A stretch of DNA of 64,000 bases, from the sequence record NZ_CP088995.1; one strand, 5' to 3'. Below the pieces are notes generated by a model. It did not search any database. It had not been told where the DNA came from and saw only the letters and a program-made list of their open reading frames with translations. The translations under genes and the position numbers were made by a program. Positions within the stretch are counted from its first letter, which is position 1. Each line of letters starts with the position of its first letter. Shown piece after piece: positions 1 to 12,317 of this stretch. The stretch is from a plasmid.

Positions 1-91
1 CCATTTCGTACGTACGAAATCAGGCGACGCTATGCGAAATCTTGGCGGCAATCCCCCGCGACTACGTGATTTTTTTAACGTAGAGCGCGCT

Positions 92-176
92 TTTTCTTGC
101 CATAGTAGGCCATTTTGGCCTATAATCTTAATTAAGAAGACCGGGCACCCGCCACGGTCAATACCGGAGAACTCCG
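92..176 (+). promoter_or_regulatory. CUP-like promoter/operator module, copy 1. Contains a -35 TTGCCA (97-102), a 17-bp palindrome TAGGCCATTTTGGCCTA (106-122) and a -10 TATAAT (121-126), followed by a leader and RBS shared with copy 2.
   Basis: Near-consensus sigma70 hexamers lie either side of a perfect palindrome. The 3' 45 nt are almost identical to the sequence upstream of klcA. Confidence 0.5.
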
Positions 177-455
177 ATGATCCACACAGCTAACCGCACC
201 TTTCACCAACTCTATCGAGAATGGATACGCGAACGCCGCGAGCATATGCACAACGTTTTGACCTGGGAGCGTGATCGTTACGGTGCTCGCCTCGTCGGTC
301 TGTTTTATCGTTACTGCAAGGTGGCCAACCCCTTTCCCCGTTGCACTCTGAATACTCGGATCAACTACCGCGCCCATGCGGTGAATCTGCCAGATTGGCC
401 AGCCCGCAGCCTGGAGCTGAATAAAATGTGGCTCAGTTGGAGAGAAAAAAAGTAG
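177..455 (+). CDS. Hypothetical protein (92 aa) expressed from the CUP-like promoter. Sits next to klcA in the position of the orf of orf-klcA-korC modules.
   Basis: ORF starts right after the conserved leader/RBS. No family recognised. Confidence 0.45.
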   Translation: MIHTANRTFHQLYREWIRERREHMHNVLTWERDRYGARLVGLFYRYCKVANPFPRCTLNTRINYRAHAVNLPDWPARSLELNKMWLSWREKK

Positions 456-565
456 GCCGATTTGGCCTATTTTTTATTGTACCCGCTTGACACAATAGGC
501 CAAAATGGCCTATTATATATCTCAGAAGGCCGGGCACCCGCCACGGTCAATACCGGAGAACTCCG
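452..565 (+). promoter_or_regulatory. CUP-like promoter/operator module, copy 2. Contains two palindromes (TAGGCCGATTTGGCCTA at 453-469 and TAGGCCAAAATGGCCTA at 496-512), a -35 TTGACA (487-492) and a -10 TATTAT (511-516).
   Basis: Direct repeat of copy 1 including the leader and RBS. The operator lies between -35 and -10. Confidence 0.5.
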
Positions 566-991
566 ATGATGCAAACAGAACTTAATCCCCTGATCTGCTC
601 CCTGGTCGCCACCCCTCGCCGTATGGCTGCAATGCCCCGCTATGTAGGCCGTTTCTATGTGGTTTTCGAGTCGATGCTTTACCAGCAAATGAAAGGGCTC
701 TGCCGCGAGTATCGCGGGGCTTATTGGCTTATGTGGGAGCTGTCGAACGGCGGCTTTTATATGGCTCCTGGGCGTCGTGATGAAATGCTGAACATCGAGG
801 CCATGAACTACTTTAGTGGCCAAATGAGCGCCGATGCTGCCGGGATTACCGCTTGCCTCTACCTCTATAGCCATCTGTCATTTCACACAGAAGGCGCTGA
901 CCAGGAGCGGTTTTCAAGGCTGTATCACAGCTTGCGGGATTGGGCTTGTGAGCATGACGAAAAAGAGGCCATCTTGGCCGCAATAGACTAG
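566..991 (+). CDS. klcA: Antirestriction protein KlcA/ArdB family
   Basis: 141-aa product resembles KlcA/ArdB proteins. A paralog with the same motif layout (…SADAAGI…) is at 37378-37806. Confidence 0.8.
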   Translation: MMQTELNPLICSLVATPRRMAAMPRYVGRFYVVFESMLYQQMKGLCREYRGAYWLMWELSNGGFYMAPGRRDEMLNIEAMNYFSGQMSADAAGITACLYLYSHLSFHTEGADQERFSRLYHSLRDWACEHDEKEAILAAID

Positions 992-1000
992 CAACAGAAA

Positions 1001-1022
1001 GCCCCGGTGATGGCCGGGGCTC
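1001..1022 (+). terminator. GC-rich hairpin (GCCCCGG…CCGGGGC) downstream of klcA. A near-identical hairpin recurs at ~1281-1304.
   Basis: Perfect 7-bp stem followed by a weak T tract. Position suggests a terminator. Confidence 0.3.
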
Positions 1023-1304
1023 TTAAAGGAGGTGCATAGGTAGAAAAAGAAATGGTGCCCCTGGTATGGCTGCAACCAATCACAGGGGCTTTCACCGGTC
1101 AATTTGAGGATAAACGCGATGAATACGGATATTGTATCACTTGCAAAACACATTGGCGACGCTCTGACGGCCCGCCGCCCCGTTCATATGCCGCGCATGA
1201 AGATGCGGGAGCTTGGCTTGCTCTTGATTGAACTGAAGGCGTATCGGGAGGCCGCCGCGACCGTTACCCATTGATAAAAAAGCCCCGGCATTGACCGGGG
1301 CTAT

Positions 1305-1616
1305 TTGAGGATTTATCGCATGATTAGACCTGAAACGCTTAGGCCGTTCGCTGAAGATTGGCAGGCTCCAACCGCCGATGAAATCAAAGAGGTGTTGGAG
1401 CTGATTAGGCAACGAAAAGGGCTTAGTAAGCCTCTCAGTGGCGTTGATGTCGCTGATCTCGTTGGTTTGCCTGGTGAGAGAGGCAGCGGAAAGGGAACCC
1501 GAACCTTCAGGCGTTGGGTGAGCAAAACCAACCCTAGCCCTATTGCTTATGGTGCCTGGTCTATCTTGGCCCACCTGGCAGGTTTCGGGGCTATATGGGA
1601 CGCTGACCGGGATTGA
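1305..1616 (+). CDS. Small hypothetical protein (103 aa) at the korC position of non-Tn4401 KPC elements. Possibly a KorC-like regulator, possibly a fusion with the ISKpn6 remnant.
   Basis: ORF only. Its 3' end overlaps the start of the truncated IS1182-family transposase frame. Confidence 0.3.
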   Translation: MRIYRMIRPETLRPFAEDWQAPTADEIKEVLELIRQRKGLSKPLSGVDVADLVGLPGERGSGKGTRTFRRWVSKTNPSPIAYGAWSILAHLAGFGAIWDADRD

Positions 1617-2601
1617 AACCATGACCGAACATAAGGCCGAACGTGCTCCCTGGGGAGACTTCCCGGCAGTAGTGAGGAACGGCGATCTAAAGGATCTCTC
1701 TAAAGAACCTGAATACGAAGCCGCCAAACATGGCGACCACAAGGCGATGAGCTATAAGCGCATGAAGCCGGCCGAGGACGAATTGCATTGCGAGATCAAG
1801 GCGCTGCTTGATCGCGCCAAGGCTACCGACGACCAGGAGCGTAACGAGCCGGAGCTGGACATTCCTGCCGAGATTTCTCGCCGCGAGAAGCGCCTGGAGG
1901 CGATCCAGGCGGCAAAGGCGCGCCTGGAAGCGCGCCAGCGTGAAGCGGACCAGGCCCGGGGGCGCAGCGAAGACGATGGCCGCCGGCCTCGCCATCCGGA
2001 TGGCTCGGACAAGGGCGGTGGCTCGTACAAACGCGAGTTTGGTGTGCCGGATGACCGTGATCAGGAAAGCTTCACCGATCCGGACAGCCGGATCATGAAA
2101 CACGCCGGTGGTGGCTCCGAGCAGAGCTACAACGGGTACACAGCGGTCGATGCCGAGCACCAGATCATCGTGGCGGCGGAGTTGACCAACTGCGCCGCGG
2201 ACAGTCAGGCGCTGCTGGGCATGCTGGCAGCAGTTCAGGCCAACACCGGAGAAATGCCGGCCCAGACGCTGGCGGATGCGGGATTCCGTAGTGAGGCTGT
2301 TCTGGCAAAGGTCGCCGATCACCACGGCGATGTCATCGTTGCCCTCGGCCGCGAGGGACGTGAAGATGCCAAGGTCAATGCCAAGACCCATCCGCATACG
2401 GCGGCGATTGCGGCGAAATTGAAAACGGAGCAAGGCGATGCAGCTTACCGCCGGCGCAAGTCGATCGTGGAGGCTCCGAATGGTTGGATCAAGGCGGTGA
2501 TGGGATTGCGTCAGTTCAGCATGAGGGGCCTGGACAAGGTGCAAGCCGAGTGGAAGCTCGTCTGCATGGCGCTAAATCTGAGGCGAATGGCGTATCTGTG
2601 A
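1543..2601 (+). CDS. IS1182-family transposase, 5'-truncated (delta-ISKpn6-like). The reading frame is open from a TTG; the intact protein should be ~439 aa.
   Basis: The C-terminal 330 aa resemble the ISKpn6 transposase of KPC contexts. It is convergent with blaKPC as in Tn4401 and NTE-KPC elements, and the N-terminal part is missing. Confidence 0.8.
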   Translation: MLMVPGLSWPTWQVSGLYGTLTGIETMTEHKAERAPWGDFPAVVRNGDLKDLSKEPEYEAAKHGDHKAMSYKRMKPAEDELHCEIKALLDRAKATDDQERNEPELDIPAEISRREKRLEAIQAAKARLEARQREADQARGRSEDDGRRPRHPDGSDKGGGSYKREFGVPDDRDQESFTDPDSRIMKHAGGGSEQSYNGYTAVDAEHQIIVAAELTNCAADSQALLGMLAAVQANTGEMPAQTLADAGFRSEAVLAKVADHHGDVIVALGREGREDAKVNAKTHPHTAAIAAKLKTEQGDAAYRRRKSIVEAPNGWIKAVMGLRQFSMRGLDKVQAEWKLVCMALNLRRMAYL

Positions 2602-2850
2602 GGGCGAAGGTTAAATGGGGCGGCTCAAATGCACCCCAGTCGTCATAACACGCCGCGCGCCGCAAGATTGGTATCCTTGGCGCCGACGCCTTGCCAATTG
2701 CAGAGAGCGCCGCCGCCATCGTCAGTGCTCTACAGAAAACCGGTCACACGGCTCTGCCGCGCAGACTCCTAGCCTAAATGTGACAGTGGTTGGTAATCCA
2801 TGCCGCCCGCAAGGGCGGCGGTGGTGGGCCAATAGATGATTTTCAGAGCC

Positions 2851-3732
2851 TTACTGCCCGTTGACGCCCAATCCCTCGAGCGCGAGTCTAGCCGCAGCGG
2901 CGATGACGGCCTCGCTGTGCTTGTCATCCTTGTTAGGCGCCCGGGTGTAGACGGCCAACACAATAGGTGCGCGCCCAGTGGGCCAGACGACGGCATAGTC
3001 ATTTGCCGTGCCATACACTCCGCAGGTTCCGGTTTTGTCTCCGACTGCCCAGTCTGCCGGCACCGCCGCGCGGATGCGGTGGTTGCCGGTCGTGTTTCCC
3101 TTTAGCCAATCAACAAACTGCTGCCGCTGCGGCGCAGCCAGTGCAGAGCCCAGTGTCAGTTTTTGTAAGCTTTCCGTCACGGCGCGCGGCGATGAGGTAT
3201 CGCGCGCATCGCCTGGGATGGCGGAGTTCAGCTCCAGCTCCCAGCGGTCCAGACGGAACGTGGTATCGCCGATAGAGCGCATGAAGGCCGTCAGCCCGGC
3301 CGGGCCGCCCAACTCCTTCAGCAACAAATTGGCGGCGGCGTTATCACTGTATTGCACGGCGGCCGCGGACAGCTCCGCCACCGTCATGCCTGTTGTCAGA
3401 TATTTTTCCGAGATGGGTGACCACGGAACCAGCGCATTTTTGCCGTAACGGATGGGTGTGTCCAGCAAGCCGGCCTGCTGCTGGCTGCGAGCCAGCACAG
3501 CGGCAGCAAGAAAGCCCTTGAATGAGCTGCACAGTGGGAAGCGCTCCTCAGCGCGGTAACTTACAGTTGCGCCTGAGCCGGTATCCATCGCGTACACACC
3601 GATGGAGCCGCCAAAGTCCTGTTCGAGTTTAGCGAATGGTTCCGCGACGAGGTTGGTCAGCGCGGTGGCAGAAAAGCCAGCCAGCGGCCATGAGAGACAA
3701 GACAGCAGAACTAGACGGCGATACAGTGACAT
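2851..3732 (-). CDS. blaKPC-2: Class A carbapenemase KPC-2 (293 aa)
   Basis: Translation [26 protein letters not shown]…[12 protein letters not shown] matches KPC. It has His at the position that is Tyr in KPC-3. The true start is the second Met of the listed ORF. Confidence 0.93.
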
Positions 3733-3807
3733 CAACGATATTCCTTGTTTGAAGGTGGAGCTAGGTGTAGCGGCCGGATGTAATCAGGCCGCTACAGCTG
3801 GGATTAG

Positions 3808-4012
3808 GGGTCTGACGCTCAGTGGAACGAAAACTCACGTTAAGAAGTCATTTTTCAATATTATTGAAGCATTTATCAGGGTTATTGTCTCATGAGCGGA
3901 TACATATTTGAATGTATTTAGAAAAATAAACAAATAGGGGTTCCGCGCACATTTCCCCGAAAAGTGCCACCTGACGTCTAAGAAACCATTATTATCATGA
4001 CATTAACCTATA
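3808..4012. other. Tn3-derived remnant (delta-blaTEM). Holds the sequence downstream of blaTEM (GGGGTCTGACGCTCAGTGGAACGAAAACTCACGTTAAG) fused to the blaTEM promoter/upstream region, with the bla ORF deleted.
   Basis: Recognisable pBR322/Tn3 sequence. It continues at 5093 after the ISKpn27 insertion. Confidence 0.7.
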
Positions 4013-4988
4013 TGTCAAGACCCGGCTGGTTATACACGCGTTTCCTGAACAATTCAGGGCGTTTTTCATGCCATTCCTTGAGCGCCTGAACGGGTGTTTT
4101 GTGTTGGAGCGCGCGTTGCGGAATGCTGTGGTTGTAGATCTTGACGTAATTGCGCAGCGTCGATTCCAGTTCGGCAGCTGAACCAAAACGGGTCTGGTTG
4201 ACGATGTCGCTGATACGACCGTTGAAGCGCTCCACCATGCCGTTGGTCTGCGGATGACGAGGCGGGATGAGCCGGTGCTCGATGCCGAGCTGCTTGCACA
4301 GGCGGTCGAACACGTGTGTGCCGCTGGGTTCCTTCTTCTTGCCGCCAGCCGTGAAGCGGTCGGTGAACTGGCTGCCGTTGTCGGTCAGAAGCTTGACGAT
4401 CTTGACGGGACAGGCTTGCTGGACTTTGTTGAGGAAGTCGCCACTGCTGCCATCGGTCTGGTCGGCATAGAGCTCGATGAAGACCCAGCGCGTAGCACGG
4501 TCGATGGCAACGAAGAGATAGCGCCTTGCCGTCTCGTCGGGCATCTGCGGCAGGTACTTGATGTCGATGTGCACAAAGCCCGGCTCGTAGTCCTTGAAGG
4601 TCTTTTTCGTGGCGGGCGCAGTGCCTTCCTGCTCGACCAGGTTACGTAGATCCGAGACACCGTGGCGGCGCAGGCAACGTCCCAGGCCGGCACGCGAGAC
4701 GGCTGGATTGATGAACTCGCGCGTGACCGCCAGCAGGTCGTCCGTGGGCAGCAGCAACGTCTTGCGCAGCTCCACCACGATGAGCTCCTGCTCGGGCGTG
4801 AGCGTCGTGTACATCTTGTTCGGCGCATGCGACTTGTCTTCAGGAGACTCGCGGTTTTGCCACTTTCGGATGGTTTGGCGGGTGACGTTGTACATCCTGG
4901 CCAGTTCGGCCTGCGGGAGCGTCGAGTTCCTGATTTCCTCACGGATCAGGTGGGTAGTACGGGCTTGGCTGTGCAGTGCCTGGGTCAT
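4008..4988 (-). CDS. IS481-family DDE transposase (326 aa) of ISKpn27
   Basis: N-terminal HTH plus an integrase-core catalytic domain. The stop codon lies in the flanking target duplication. Confidence 0.85.
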   Translation of the reverse strand: MTQALHSQARTTHLIREEIRNSTLPQAELARMYNVTRQTIRKWQNRESPEDKSHAPNKMYTTLTPEQELIVVELRKTLLLPTDDLLAVTREFINPAVSRAGLGRCLRRHGVSDLRNLVEQEGTAPATKKTFKDYEPGFVHIDIKYLPQMPDETARRYLFVAIDRATRWVFIELYADQTDGSSGDFLNKVQQACPVKIVKLLTDNGSQFTDRFTAGGKKKEPSGTHVFDRLCKQLGIEHRLIPPRHPQTNGMVERFNGRISDIVNQTRFGSAAELESTLRNYVKIYNHSIPQRALQHKTPVQALKEWHEKRPELFRKRVYNQPGLDI

Positions 4989-5092
4989 CGAGTTGCCAGT
5001 GAAGAGTCGGATTGGAACAGTGTACGCAAAACGTGTCTGGCCTTGAAGAGCGGCCAGCTACGCATGGGTACATGATCCCACGAGTCCAGACA
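4013..5092 (-). mobile_element. ISKpn27 (ISKpn8)-like IS481-family insertion sequence. It is 1080 bp with imperfect terminal IRs (TGTCAAGAC / TGTCTGGAC) and a 6-bp target duplication CCTATA (4007-4012 and 5093-5098).
   Basis: Tn3 sequence is interrupted precisely. The duplicated CCTATA flanks the insertion. Confidence 0.8.
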
Positions 5093-5110
5093 CCTATAAA
5101 AATAGGCGTA

Positions 5111-6391
<1,281 letters not shown>

Positions 6392-7601
6392 CCAGGAACG
6401 AAGTAGCGCGTGTGACGACGGCCGGTACGCCGACACGCGCCACGGCCTCGGCCCAGCGCGCGGCCGGCGGTTGGAGCAGGCCGTTGTGCACCGAACCGTG
6501 GTAGGTGCCGACCGCCAATGTGAGCCAGCGCTCTAGCTCGCGCAGCGTCAGGGCGGCCTTGTTTTCGGAATCGTAGTCGCCGCGCTGGTCAGGGTTGGAG
6601 AAGGTCGTTCCCGGCAGTTCGTCGTGAATCATCTGCATCGCCGTGCCGATGATCCGTTCCACGATGCCGCCATAGTGCGGCTGTCCCAGCGGGCGATAGT
6701 CCAGCCGGATGCCATGCTGCTCGCAACCCCGGCGCAGGGCCTCGCTCTTGAACTCGGCCGCGTTGTCTAGGTAGAGCAGCAAGGGCTTGCCGCTCATCTG
6801 CCAATCCATTTCCACGTTCAGTCCTTCCAGCCAAGGGCGCTTGTCGCAGGCGACATGCACGAGGCACAGGCCAACCGAAACGGCAGACGGCGCTTCCAGC
6901 GTGACGACCATGCCGAGCACGCAGCGGGTGAACACGTCGATGGCGAGGGTCAGGTACGGGCGGCCAATAGGTTGCCGGTCGCGGTCATCGACCACGATCA
7001 GGTCGATGACCGTATGGTCTATCTGCACCTGCTCCAGCGGCGCGGTCACGGCAGGAGGCTCGCCGCCCACACCTTGTAGGTCACGAGCGGCATCCTGGCC
7101 TTCCCGCCGGCGGATGACCTTGCGCGGGTCAAGGCTAGCGATCCGTAAGGCCACGGTATTGCGCGCCGGCACTCGCAGTTTTTGAGCCTTGCACACCTGA
7201 GTGACTTCGCGGTGAAAGGCCGCTAGGCTGCGCTTCTGCTTGGTCAGGAACCGCTTTTGCAGTAGCTCGTGGATGACGCGCTCGACCGGTTCCGGCAAGC
7301 GCCCCTTACCTTTACCTCCACCGGACTGGCCGGGCACCAGATCCGTCACGAGGCCGCTGCCTTGCCGGGCACGCCGGATCAGAACGTATACCTGGCGCCG
7401 AGACAAGCCCAGCGCCTGAGCCGCCATATCGGCCGCTTCGTGCCCGACCGTCTCCGACTGCGCCAACGGACTGATGATCTCCGCACGACGGCGCGCACGC
7501 TCCCAAGCCTCATCAGGCAGAGTGGCCACGCCTTGTTCTGGAATCCGTGGGGTGTCCGTCGCCATGCTCACCTCGCTTTGGTGCACACGAGTATTGAGCA
7601 T
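6392..7601 (-). pseudogene. tniA: Tn402/Tn5053-type transposase tniA, 3'-truncated by IS26. About 403 of ~559 codons remain.
   Basis: N-terminus MATDTPRIPEQGVATLPDEAWERARRRAEII…SGGGKGKGRLPEP is typical of TniA. The ORF runs into the IS26 IR. Confidence 0.75.
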
Positions 7602-7639
7602 AGTCGAGATTGGTGCAGATCACTTCTGATATTGAACTG

Positions 7640-8347
7640 TCAGGAGCTGGCTGCACAACAGCCATTACGCCCAATCAACTGGTGCAGTCGTCTTCTGAAA
7701 ATGACATCCATGCCCAGCCCGTGCGCGAGCTGGATCACCGCCCGCACGATAGTTTGGTCACGGGCATCATCCGGGAGCCTGGCGACAAAGGATTGGTCGA
7801 TTTTCAATGTGGTGATGGGGCAGCATTTCAGATGTTGCAGGCAGGAATAGCCGGTGCCGAAGTCGTCGGCGGCGAAGCGCACGCCGATGGCGCGCAAGGC
7901 GTCGAAACTGGCGAACAGGGCTGGATTGCCGAATGCGACCGATTCGGTCAGTTCGATCTCCAGAAGCTCGGCGGGCAGGGCCATATCGGCCAGCACCCGC
8001 TTTACCTCGTCGTCGAACGTTGGCCCAACCTGGCTGGCGGACACATTGATGGCAAGACGGAACGGTTGCCATGCCGGTCCTTGCCACTTGTGCATCTGGC
8101 GACAGGCCTCGCCCAGCACCCACGCGCCTATTTCCGGCATCAGGCCGAACGACTCGGCCAGCGGCAGGAACTGGCCGGGCGGCAACAGGCCAAGCCTCGG
8201 ATGCCGCCAGCGCATCAACGCTTCCGCGCCAGCGATCCGGTGATCGCGCAGATCGACCAGCGGCTGGTAATGCAGGTCAAGCTGTCCGCGCGCCGCCGCC
8301 TGCGCCAACTCGGCCGCCGTCCATCCGGCGGGCTGCGAACTCGTCAT
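7640..8347 (-). CDS. urf2M: urf2M-like EAL-domain (c-di-GMP phosphodiesterase-like) protein. This is the Tn21 urf2, interrupted at its 3' end by the integron IRt.
   Basis: EAL-domain motifs are present. The start overlaps the merE stop (ATGA). Confidence 0.7.
   Translation of the reverse strand: MTSSQPAGWTAAELAQAAARGQLDLHYQPLVDLRDHRIAGAEALMRWRHPRLGLLPPGQFLPLAESFGLMPEIGAWVLGEACRQMHKWQGPAWQPFRLAINVSASQVGPTFDDEVKRVLADMALPAELLEIELTESVAFGNPALFASFDALRAIGVRFAADDFGTGYSCLQHLKCCPITTLKIDQSFVARLPDDARDQTIVRAVIQLAHGLGMDVIFRRRLHQLIGRNGCCAASS
7682..7706. repeat. 25-bp IRt of Tn402/class 1 integron (TGTCATTTTCAGAAGACGACTGCAC on the minus strand)
   Basis: Matches the Tn402 terminal IR. Lies between tniA and urf2M as in In2/Tn21. 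Confidence 0.7.
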
Positions 8348-8580
8348 GATCCGCCCCGGAAGGCGCGCAGCAGCCGCGTTACGGCCAGAACGAACAAGCC
8401 GGTCAGCGCGAGCGCGGCAACACCCCAATGCTCGCCAAGGAAGGCACCGGCGGTCGTCCCGGCCAGCACGGCGGCGAGAATCGGCAGATGGCAGGGGCAG
8501 GTCAACACGGCCAGCGCACCCCACAGGTAGCCGGAAACGGGTTGGCGCGTCTCGGGCGGCAGTTTGTCAGGGGCGTTCAC
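8344..8580 (-). CDS. merE: Mercury resistance protein MerE (78 aa, GTG start)
   Basis: (V)[34 protein letters not shown]… matches MerE. Confidence 0.8.
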   Translation of the reverse strand: MNAPDKLPPETRQPVSGYLWGALAVLTCPCHLPILAAVLAGTTAGAFLGEHWGVAALALTGLFVLAVTRLLRAFRGGS

Positions 8581-8939
8581 GGCAATGCCTCCTCGTGCGC
8601 CCGCTCGGCTGGCATGGAGGCCAGTTGCGCGTCCAGATGGGCCAACGCCGCGCGCCGCCGCTCGACCAACTGGCGCAGCACGGCAAGCTGCGCTGCGGCT
8701 TGTGCGCCGTCCGCTGCGTCGAGCGCACGGCACAGCCGCGCCAGGGCATCCAGGCCGATACCCGCCTCGAAGGCCGCGCGCACGAAGCACAGCCGTTGCA
8801 AGGCCGCATCGTCGAACACGCCGTAGCCGCCCGTGGTGCAGGCCACCGGCCGTAACAAGCCGCGCACCAGGTAGTCGCGCACGATATGTACGCTCACCCC
8901 AGCGTTATGGGCCAGTTGCGATACCGTGTAGGCGCTCAT
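8577..8939 (-). CDS. merD: MerD co-regulator (121 aa)
   Basis: [34 protein letters not shown]…. Confidence 0.85.
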   Translation of the reverse strand: MSAYTVSQLAHNAGVSVHIVRDYLVRGLLRPVACTTGGYGVFDDAALQRLCFVRAAFEAGIGLDALARLCRALDAADGAQAAAQLAVLRQLVERRRAALAHLDAQLASMPAERAHEEALP

Positions 8940-8956
8940 CGCACACCTCCTTGTCC

Positions 8957-10702
<1,746 letters not shown>

Positions 10703-11125
10703 TCACAAGCGCTTGGCGGGGAGTTCGCAGCCGTCCGGTCCGCAACGGCGATGCGCCGGCGACACGAAGTCCCAGATCGACACCCCAATCATCAAGGCCA
10801 GGCCGACGTACATCAGGTTCGCCGTCCACCAGTTGCCGAGCAGCCAGACCGTGGCCGCAAACACGATGGCCGGGCCGATCATGCCGAGCAGACTGCGCAG
10901 CCATTGCCGATGACTGAACCAACCCAGCGCGTTCGCCAGGAAGGCCAGCGCGGCAAACAGCGGCAGCAGGCGGCTGATGAACAGTCCCTCGTACTGGCTC
11001 AAGAAGCCCAGCCCGATGGCCGCGCCGAAGCTGGCGAGGGCTGGAAAGCAGGCGGCGCAGCCCATCGCGGAAACGACGCTGCCGAGCGCGCCGGTTTTAT
11101 CGGCAATGCGTGTCATCAGTCCCAT
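10703..11125 (-). CDS. merC: Mercury transport protein MerC (140 aa)
   Basis: MGLMTRIADKTGALGSVVSAMGCAACFP… matches Tn21-type MerC. Confidence 0.85.
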   Translation of the reverse strand: MGLMTRIADKTGALGSVVSAMGCAACFPALASFGAAIGLGFLSQYEGLFISRLLPLFAALAFLANALGWFSHRQWLRSLLGMIGPAIVFAATVWLLGNWWTANLMYVGLALMIGVSIWDFVSPAHRRCGPDGCELPAKRL

Positions 11126-11160
11126 GAAGCGGCTCTCGCTGTTGTCGTTGGCTTGCTGGC

Positions 11161-11436
11161 TCACTGCTTGACGCTGGACGGATAGCCGGCGTCTGCGGTG
11201 GCCTTGGTCAGCTTCTGTACGCTGGCCTTGGTGTCGTCAAAAGTGACGACGGCCTCGCGCTTCTCGAAGCCCACATCGACCTTGCTCACGCCTTCGACCT
11301 TGGAGAGCGCTTTCTTGACTGTGATCGGGCAGGCGGCGCAAGTCATGCCGGGAACCGCTAGCGTGACGGTCTGGGTAGCGGCCCACACCGGGGCAACAGC
11401 GGCGGCGAGGGCAAGGGAGGCAAACAGTTTCTTCAT
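11161..11436 (-). CDS. merP: Periplasmic mercury-binding protein MerP (91 aa)
   Basis: Signal peptide plus GMTCAAC metal-binding motif. Confidence 0.9.
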   Translation of the reverse strand: MKKLFASLALAAAVAPVWAATQTVTLAVPGMTCAACPITVKKALSKVEGVSKVDVGFEKREAVVTFDDTKASVQKLTKATADAGYPSSVKQ

Positions 11437-11449
11437 GATGAACTCCTGG

Positions 11450-11800
11450 TTAATAGAAAAATGGAACGACATAGGGAAATCCAAGCGCGACCAGGACCAG
11501 CACGGCCACGATCCAGAAAATCAGCTTGTAGGTGGCGCGCACCTGCGGAATCGCGCAGACCTCACCTGGCTTGCATGCCTGCACGGGCCGGTAAATCCGC
11601 TTCCAGGCGAAGAACAGCGCCACTAGCGCCGCGCCGATGAACAACGGTCGATAGGGTTCCAGCACCGTCAGGTTGCCGATCCAAGCACCGGAGAAGCCCA
11701 GGGCGACCAGTACTAGCGGCCCCAGGCAGCAGGTCGATGCAAGAATGGCGGCCAGCCCGCCGGCGAAGAGCGCACCGCGCCCGTTTTGTGGTTCAGACAT
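11450..11800 (-). CDS. merT: Mercury transporter MerT (116 aa)
   Basis: [31 protein letters not shown]…. Confidence 0.9.
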
Positions 11801-11843
11801 ACGTTGGCCCTTTTGAATTTGGATTGGATAGCGTAACCTTACT

Positions 11844-11861
11844 TCCGTACTCATGTACGGA
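11844..11861. promoter_or_regulatory. mer operator dyad TCCGTAC-N4-GTACGGA in the divergent merR/merT promoter
   Basis: Canonical MerR operator between merT and merR. Confidence 0.8.
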
Positions 11862-11871
11862 GTCAAGCGAT

Positions 11872-12306
11872 ATGGAAAATAATTTGGAAAACCTGACCAT
11901 TGGCGTTTTTGCCAAGGCGGCCGGGGTCAACGTGGAGACAATCCGCTTCTATCAGCGCAAGGGCCTGTTGCGGGAACCGGACAAGCCTTACGGCAGCATC
12001 CGCCGCTATGGGGAGGCGGACGTGGTTCGGGTGAAATTCGTGAAATCGGCACAGCGGCTGGGGTTCAGTCTGGACGAGATTGCCGAGCTGTTGCGGCTCG
12101 ACGATGGCACCCACTGCGAGGAGGCCAGCAGCCTGGCCGAACACAAGCTCAAGGACGTGCGCGAGAAGATGGCCGACTTGGCGCGCATGGAAACCGTGCT
12201 GTCTGAACTCGTGTGCGCCTGCCATGCACGAAAGGGGAATGTTTCCTGCCCGTTGATCGCGTCACTACAGGGCGAAGCAGGCCTGGCAAGGTCAGCTATG
12301 CCTTAG
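11872..12306 (+). CDS. merR: Mercury-responsive regulator MerR (144 aa)
   Basis: [33 protein letters not shown]…. Confidence 0.9.
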
Positions 12307-12317
12307 CGTGCTTTATT
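12302..12317. repeat. Outer 16 bp of the 38-bp Tn21-family terminal IR (mer end). The IR is split by IS5075.
   Basis: CTTAGCGTGCTTTATT. The remaining 22 bp are at 13647-13668. Confidence 0.75.

Noticed and set aside
1137-1742. 201-aa ORF on the minus strand
   Set aside because: Antisense to the korC-position ORF and the ISKpn6 remnant. GC-rich region, no RBS and no similarity. Judged spurious.
1687-2544. 285-aa minus-strand ORF inside the ISKpn6 transposase gene
   Set aside because: Entirely antisense to a recognisable transposase. Typical long shadow ORF in high-GC DNA.
4385-4942. Alternative-frame ORFs (4385-4942 -, 4254-4649 +) within ISKpn27
   Set aside because: Overlap the authentic IS481 transposase frame. 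Low-complexity Arg/Ser-rich translations.
7610-8530. 306-aa plus-strand ORF overlapping urf2M/merE
   Set aside because: Antisense to conserved mer-module genes. GC-rich shadow ORF.
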